Origin: Solirubrobacterales bacterium
GTDB lineage: Bacteria; Actinomycetota; Thermoleophilia; Solirubrobacterales; 70-9
Length of the DNA: 64,000 bases
NCBI GenBank assembly: GCA_035535295.1
Contig: DATLQI010000038.1
Location: 95,973-159,972, forward strand
Direction of reading: 5' to 3'
Part shown: piece after piece, positions 59,261 to 64,000 of the stretch
How the letters are laid out: each line of letters starts with the position of its first letter
How positions within the stretch are numbered: position 1 is the first letter of the stretch
The notes under the pieces: generated by a model
Seen by the model: the letters and a program-made list of their open reading frames with translations, nothing else
The model's database searches: none
What the model was told of the DNA's origin: nothing
Program-made: the position numbers and the translations under genes

Positions 59261-59893
59261 TTAGGAGGCGGTGGGTTCAGCCGCGTCGCTGACCTCGGCC
59301 TCCGTCTCCGCGTCCGGGTTCGGCGACTTGAAGTGGAGCATCACGACTTTGGCGAGCATGCTTTCCTCGTCGCTCCCGGCGAGCCGCTCGGTTGCTTCGG
59401 CCTGGATCTCGAGCAGCCGGTTGAGCGTCTCCCTCAGAAGCTCAGCCGAGTCCTTCCAGGCTTTCTCGTCTACGACCATCGGGGTCCGGCTCAGGTGGCG
59501 GTCTTCCAGTTCGTCCAGGGTCCCCTTGTCGAGGGCTTCCTCGACGTCGTCGAAGGCGGACTTCAGCATCGCGCCCGACAGTCCTGGTCGGAGGCTTTTT
59601 GGCAGTCGTGACCATTCGCTGTCAGTGAGGAACTGGCGGCGGGTGGCGCGGTAGAAGTGCTCGGTGGCGCCCCGTCGCTGCTTCGTGTCAACAAGCTCGA
59701 TGCAGTCGTATTTCTCGAGCACGCGGACGTGGTAGGCGACCAGGTTGAGGCTCTGGTCGAGTTGCTGCGCGAGCATGTTCGGGCTAGCGACCTTCTCGTT
59801 CAAAATGATCAGGATCTGCACGCGCAGGGGGTGGGCGAAGGCTTTTGCGACTACTTGTTCGACGCCCTCTTTCTTTTGTTTGGTCTTCGGCAT
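59261..59893 (-). CDS. ArsR-like winged-helix regulator with long C-terminal helical domain
   Basis: FAHPLRVQILIILNEK...VAYHVRVLEKYDCIELV. Visibly lower GC3 than neighbouring genes. Confidence 0.7.
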   Translation of the reverse strand: MPKTKQKKEGVEQVVAKAFAHPLRVQILIILNEKVASPNMLAQQLDQSLNLVAYHVRVLEKYDCIELVDTKQRRGATEHFYRATRRQFLTDSEWSRLPKSLRPGLSGAMLKSAFDDVEEALDKGTLDELEDRHLSRTPMVVDEKAWKDSAELLRETLNRLLEIQAEATERLAGSDEESMLAKVVMLHFKSPNPDAETEAEVSDAAEPTAS

Positions 59894-60277
59894 GGCCTTT
59901 TCTTGGTTTGGTTCCAGGGGATATGGCCGATACGAAGACTTTACACCTTGTCAATCAGGATTTTCACAACGCTCGCGCGTTTTCCGATTATTGACGAGTT
60001 TTACTGCCCCCACCTTGATTGCTGGAATTATTTAGAGTAAACAATGATCAGTCATTTTCGACTGGGCCGCGGGGGAGCGGCGCAGCAATCGAGGGAGAGG
60101 GGAGGTGGACTCATGAAGATCAAGATCGGAGAGCGTCTTACGCCTACTACGCTCACCAAGGGCTCCTAAGCCGCGAAGTTCTTTCAAGGGGGCGGCGATC
60201 GCATCTCGAGGAGCTTTACGGGTGGCCCGTCGAAGCTTTCTCTCCTGGTTGCGCGATCGCCGTCCCTTCACGTCGGG

Positions 60278-60550
60278 TTACCGGTCCAGCAGTTCACTGA
60301 ACCGCAGCGCCGCCCGCGTTGGCACGACGTATTCCCCGCCCTCGTGCAAGAGGCCGGCAGCGCTGAGTTCCCGTACCGCCCGCTCGACTGCGTCGCGCTC
60401 GGCGAAATCCTCGCGATCGCTGCCCATCTCCCGTCGCAGCTCTGCCAGCGTCAGTCGAGTCGGATGCAGGTCCAGCAGCTGCAGCAGCACCGCCGACTCG
60501 ACCCCTTCGTCTTCGGTCCAAGTGGTCCGACTCACTTCAGATTTGTTCAT
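60278..60550 (-). CDS. small winged-helix-like hypothetical protein (90 aa)
   Basis: ATG at 60550 after GGGAGG. The longer track ORF N-terminus overlaps the GH15 3' end. Confidence 0.5.
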   Translation of the reverse strand: MNKSEVSRTTWTEDEGVESAVLLQLLDLHPTRLTLAELRREMGSDREDFAERDAVERAVRELSAAGLLHEGGEYVVPTRAALRFSELLDR

Positions 60551-60743
60551 TAGCGCCTCCCTGGCGTCTTCTAATCGGAGCGCCGTCGGAGCTCTGTCCG
60601 GTCCCGCTCCAATCACTTTTCCCCTAGGTCGAGAGCCTGCGTCGAACTCCTTGCAGGCTTCCTCCTGGCTGGTAGTTATGGCACGGCCCTCGGCCAGAAC
60701 CCAGTGTAGGAGAAAGGAAACTCGTTGTCTGTAGGTCTTTTGT

Positions 60744-62672
60744 CTATGGGGCGCCGGCGTCCTCGCGGACGCCACCCATCTCGGTGAAGACCGCGGTGAC
60801 GCCGCCGTCGGCGCGCTTCTCGTCGGCGATCACGTGGGAGACGGCGTTGATCAGCGCCAGGTGGGTGAAGGCCTGGGGGAAGTTGCCGAGGTGCCGGCCG
60901 GATTCGGCGTCGAGCTCCTCGGCGAAGAGGTCGAGCCAGCCAGCCGCCTCGAGCAGCCGTTCGCAGAGTTCGCGGGCGCGGTGGGGCTCGCCGATCTCCG
61001 AGAGGGCGGAGACGAGCCAGAAGGAGCAGATCAGGAAGGTGCCCTCGCGGCCCTGGAGGCCGTCGTCGGTCTCCTCGACCTTGTAGCGGCAGACGAGTCC
61101 GTGCTCGGTCAGGTCAGCGGCGATCGCGTTGACGGTGGCGCGGACCCGCGGGTCGTCCGGGGGGAGGAAGCGGAAGAGCGGGATCAGCAGCAAGGAGGCG
61201 TCGAGGGCGTCGGTGTCGTAGTGCTGGCGGAAGACGCCGTCGCGGACGCCGCGGTCGAGGATCTCGGCCTTGAACTCGTCGGCCTTCGCCCGCCACTCGT
61301 CGGCCAGCTCCTCGAAGCCGCCGATCTTGGCGAGGCGGGCGCCGCGGTCGACCGCGACCCAGATCATCAGCTTCGAGGAGACGTAGTGCTGGGGCTCACC
61401 GCGGGACTCCCAGATCCCCTGGTCGGGGTGCGGCCAGGCCTCGATCGCCGCTTCCACCTGGTAGCGGATCAGCTCGCGCGTCGCCCCCGTGCCGCGCCCG
61501 CGCAGCGCCTTTTCGTGGATGTAGATCGAGTCCAGGAGCGAGCCCCAGACGTCGTTCTGGCGCTGATCGTAGGCGCCGTTGCCGATCCGCACCGGCTTGG
61601 CGCCGCCGTAGCCTTCGAGGTGGTCGAGGGTCTGCTCGGTGAGGTCGCGCTCGTGCCCGATCCCGTACATGATCTGCAGGTCCGGGCGGTCCTTGCAGAC
61701 GTCGACGATGAAGCGCATGAAGTCCCGTGCCTCGTGGTCGAAGCCGAGCGTGTGCAGGGCCCAGAGGCTGAAGGTCGAGTCGCGGATCCAGCTGAAGCGG
61801 TAGTCCCAGTTGCGTTCCCCGCCCGGCGTCTCCGGCAGCGAGGTGGTGGGGGCGGCGACGATCGCCCCGGTCGGGGTGTAGGTGAGGCCCTTGAGGACGA
61901 GGGCGGAGCGCTGCAGGTGGATCCGCCAGGGGTGGTCGGGGAACTCGCCGTCGCGCAGCCATTCGCGCCAGAACTCTTCGGTCGAGTCGATCCGCTCCAG
62001 CGCCTCGGGGGCGCTGCGGGGGCCGCCGAGGTCGCCGTCGCTCCAGGTCAGGGCGCAGAACGCGGTCTGGTCTTCGCGCAGGGTGACGTGCCCGCGGGCG
62101 GCGCTGTCCTCGATCTCCAGGTGCATGTCGCTGGTCAGCATCAGCTCGGTCCCGTCGGCTGCGGTGGCGGTCGCTTCGCCGAGCTCGCCGCCGCTCCATC
62201 TCGCCCCTTCGACTCCGTAGTCGAAGCGGGGGACGCACTCCATCTCCATCTCGACCTCGCCGTCGATGCAGGTCATCGTCCGCAGCAGCGAGCAGTCGTT
62301 TTCGTGTTCGGTCTCCGGGCGCCCCTGGCGGTTTTCCTCGTCGCCGTCGGCGGGGGCCCAGTCGGCGATCGTCAGAGCGTCCTTGACCACGACCCAGCCG
62401 GTGTCGGTGACCCAGGTGGTCTCGATCACCAGGGTGCCGGGCGCGTAGCGGCGGGCGATCGGGACGGTCACGCCCCTTGGCCGCAGCAGCATGTGGCCGG
62501 CGCCGCGGTCGAGCAGGGCGGCGAAGGCGCTGGGGGAGTCGAAGCGGGGGAAGCAGAGCCACTCGACGCTGCCGCCAAAGGAGACCAGGGCGGCGGTGTG
62601 GCAATCGGAGAGGAAGCCGTAGCTGCCGATCGGGGGAAAGCGGTGGTTGCGGGAGCTCACGGGCTGAGCCAA
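60744..62672 (-). CDS. glycoside hydrolase family 15 (glucoamylase/trehalase-like)
   Basis: N-terminal YGFLSDCHTAALVS--GSVEWLCFPRFDS. Catalytic-domain pattern NWDYRFSWIRDS. TTG at 62672 or GTG at 62660. Confidence 0.85.
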   Translation of the reverse strand: MAQPVSSRNHRFPPIGSYGFLSDCHTAALVSFGGSVEWLCFPRFDSPSAFAALLDRGAGHMLLRPRGVTVPIARRYAPGTLVIETTWVTDTGWVVVKDALTIADWAPADGDEENRQGRPETEHENDCSLLRTMTCIDGEVEMEMECVPRFDYGVEGARWSGGELGEATATAADGTELMLTSDMHLEIEDSAARGHVTLREDQTAFCALTWSDGDLGGPRSAPEALERIDSTEEFWREWLRDGEFPDHPWRIHLQRSALVLKGLTYTPTGAIVAAPTTSLPETPGGERNWDYRFSWIRDSTFSLWALHTLGFDHEARDFMRFIVDVCKDRPDLQIMYGIGHERDLTEQTLDHLEGYGGAKPVRIGNGAYDQRQNDVWGSLLDSIYIHEKALRGRGTGATRELIRYQVEAAIEAWPHPDQGIWESRGEPQHYVSSKLMIWVAVDRGARLAKIGGFEELADEWRAKADEFKAEILDRGVRDGVFRQHYDTDALDASLLLIPLFRFLPPDDPRVRATVNAIAADLTEHGLVCRYKVEETDDGLQGREGTFLICSFWLVSALSEIGEPHRARELCERLLEAAGWLDLFAEELDAESGRHLGNFPQAFTHLALINAVSHVIADEKRADGGVTAVFTEMGGVREDAGAP

Positions 62673-62699
62673 GCTACCAGCGGGCTACGCTGAAACTGC

Positions 62700-63614
62700 A
62701 TGAACTTCTTGCTGGGCCACGTAGGCGCCACGTTCGCCCCCGTCGAGGTCCTGCCGCTGCTGGTCGCGGCCGTCCTCTACGCCAAGCGCTCGATCACGCT
62801 GGCCGAGCGGGGCCGGCCGGTGCCGCTCTGGCGCCAGCTCTGCTTCGCCGGCGGGCTGCTGACGATGGCGATCGCCTTGGTTTCGCCGGTGGCCCACGTC
62901 GCCGAGGAGCTGGTGATCGCCCACATGGTCGAGCACCTGCTGCTGGGCGACGTCGCCACCCTGCTCCTGGTCCTCGGGCTGACCGGCCCGCTGCTGCAGC
63001 CGATCCTGGCGATTCCGGCCTTCGACCGGCTGCGGATCCTCGCCCACCCGCTCGTCGCCTTCCCGCTCTGGGCGCTCAACTTCTACTTCTGGCACATCCC
63101 CGCCCTCTACGACGCCGCTTACGGCGGCGCCGCGGTGCACGCGCTCGAGCACATGAGCTTCGTCTTCTTCGGCTGCCTGATGTGGATGCCGATCTTCGGG
63201 CCGCTGCCGAAGCCGAGCTGGTTCAACGCCGGCTGGAAGGTCGCCTACGTCGTTGCCGTCCGCTTCGCCGGGGCGATCCTCGGCAACGTCCTGATGTGGT
63301 CGGGGACGGTCCTCTACCCGAAGTACGCGGCCGGCGAGGCCTACTGGAACATCTCCCCGCTGGCCGACCAGAGCACCGCCGGCGTGGTGATGATGGTCGA
63401 GGGCACCTTCCTCGGCCTCGGCCTGCTCGCCTGGGTCTTCTTCGAAGTCTCCCGCGAAGGGATCGAGAAGCAGCGCCTGCTGGACCTGGCGACGGAGCGG
63501 GGGGTCGAGCTGGACGAGGCGCGGGCGCAGCGGGCGGTCGCGGCCGGCCAAGGAGCGCGGCTGGAGCGGCAACTGACCGGCGCCGGGGGGGACCGCGACG
63601 ACCGTCCAGGCTGA
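62700..63614 (+). CDS. ctaG: cytochrome c oxidase assembly factor CtaG (Caa3_CtaG type)
   Basis: Multi-TM protein with HMVEHLLL and FYFWHIPALYD motifs. Confidence 0.8.
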   Translation: MNFLLGHVGATFAPVEVLPLLVAAVLYAKRSITLAERGRPVPLWRQLCFAGGLLTMAIALVSPVAHVAEELVIAHMVEHLLLGDVATLLLVLGLTGPLLQPILAIPAFDRLRILAHPLVAFPLWALNFYFWHIPALYDAAYGGAAVHALEHMSFVFFGCLMWMPIFGPLPKPSWFNAGWKVAYVVAVRFAGAILGNVLMWSGTVLYPKYAAGEAYWNISPLADQSTAGVVMMVEGTFLGLGLLAWVFFEVSREGIEKQRLLDLATERGVELDEARAQRAVAAGQGARLERQLTGAGGDRDDRPG

Positions 63615-63621
63615 AAACCCC

Positions 63622-63670
63622 GCCGACGGGACGGAAGTACCCCTATATGGAGGGAAATCGTCCCGTCGGC
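63622..63670 (+). repeat. 49-bp palindromic repeat, copy 2 (8 nt after the ctaG stop)
   Basis: Perfect 12-bp arms GCCGACGGGACG / CGTCCCGTCGGC. Loop GAAGTACCCCTATATGGAGGGAAAT. Confidence 0.85.
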
Positions 63671-63678
63671 AGCGGGGG

Positions 63679-64000
63679 CTGCTGGCGGCGCTGGTCTTCG
63701 TGGTCGGCGCTTCCAGCCTTGGGGTGGAGATCGCGGCGGCGCGGCTGCTCGCTCCTTACTTCGGGGCCTCGACGATCGTCTGGGCGAACACGATCGGGGT
63801 CGTCCTCGTTGCCCTCTCGGTTGGCTACTGGTTCGGCGGCCGCTACGCCGACCGCCACCCACACCTGCGCGGGCTCTGCCTGCTGGTGCTGGCGGCGGCG
63901 GTCCTGATCGCGCTGGTGCCGTTCGCGGCGCGGCCCTTCCTCGGCTTTTCGGTCGACGCCTTCGACACCGTCTCGGTCGGCGGCTTCGCCGGCTCGCTCT
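63679..64000 (+). CDS. spermidine-synthase-like multi-TM protein, 3' end beyond window; start codon unresolved
   Basis: Frame 1 reads LLAALVFVVGASSLGVEIAAARLLAPYFGASTIVWANTIGVVL. The frame is open from 63577, but the first canonical-type start candidates are CTG at 63679 and GTG at 63700. Confidence 0.6.
   Translation, partial: MLAALVFVVGASSLGVEIAAARLLAPYFGASTIVWANTIGVVLVALSVGYWFGGRYADRHPHLRGLCLLVLAAAVLIALVPFAARPFLGFSVDAFDTVSVGGFAGSL

Noticed and set aside
62674-62697. AGTTT-N13-TGGTAG upstream of the GH15 gene as another SigB/F-type promoter.
   Set aside because: The -10 deviates (TGGTAG). The spacer is 13 nt, outside the 15-17-nt range of the other sites. The element abuts or overlaps the possible start codons.
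1-64000. Search for transposases, integrases, phage genes, toxin-antitoxin pairs, CRISPR-Cas, and rRNA or tRNA genes.
   Set aside because: No translated ORF showed DDE, tyrosine- or serine-recombinase, or Cas-like motifs that I could recognise. No structured RNA gene signatures were seen. The only defence-flavoured gene is the solitary AbiEi-like/DUF559 protein at 37628-38587, which has no partner toxin.

Overview
High-GC (about 70% by eye) actinobacterial-type chromosomal segment, tightly packed with about 80 protein-coding genes. Many neighbours have 4-nt start/stop overlaps and many mRNAs look leaderless. I recognised no rRNA, tRNA, CRISPR array, transposase or integrase. All family names come from reading the translated ORF track from memory; no searches were run.

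Gene content, in order:
- 1-7.4 kb: surface-glycan modification cluster (two tandem glycosyltransferase-like paralogs, Asp-box exported protein, AlgJ/AlgX-like DHHW protein, WecE-like aminotransferase, kinase-like protein, ChbG/YdjC deacetylase).
- 8.5-12.8 kb: TetR-controlled leucine/isovalerate-type catabolic operon (acyl-CoA dehydrogenase, HMG-CoA lyase, carboxyltransferase subunit).
- 13-59 kb: a long stretch dominated by stress-type genes. These include SRPBCC, CsbD-like, DUF892/ferritin-like, DUF2294, DUF1360, DJ-1/PfpI, USP-like, MscS, beta-carbonic anhydrase, an eRF1-like baeRF protein and a UDG plus topoisomerase IB pair. It also carries a full partner-switching regulatory set: three STAS proteins, two HATPase anti-sigma-like proteins, a PAS-GAF-PP2C phosphatase and a SigB/F-family sigma factor.
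- 59-64 kb: a lower-GC islet with winged-helix regulators, a GH15 hydrolase, a CtaG-type assembly factor and a 3'-truncated spermidine-synthase-like membrane protein.

Main hunt results:
1. At least 12 strict GTTT-N15-17-GGGTA (SigB/SigF-type) promoter motifs plus about 10 near matches. All point at gene starts, many with an exact 9-nt gap to the start codon.
2. A 49-bp palindromic repeat present twice. One copy is read through in frame inside a GT2 gene; the other sits at the 5' end of a gene that lacks a canonical start codon.
3. Two long inverted repeats at convergent gene junctions, each next to a sigma-factor gene. One encodes the last four codons plus the stop codon of both convergent genes.
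4. An eRF1-like (baeRF) stress cluster with a divergent polyproline ORF.
5. A CDGSH / heme-oxygenase-like diiron / GT2 operon.
6. A G8-tract frameshift in a DUF72 gene.
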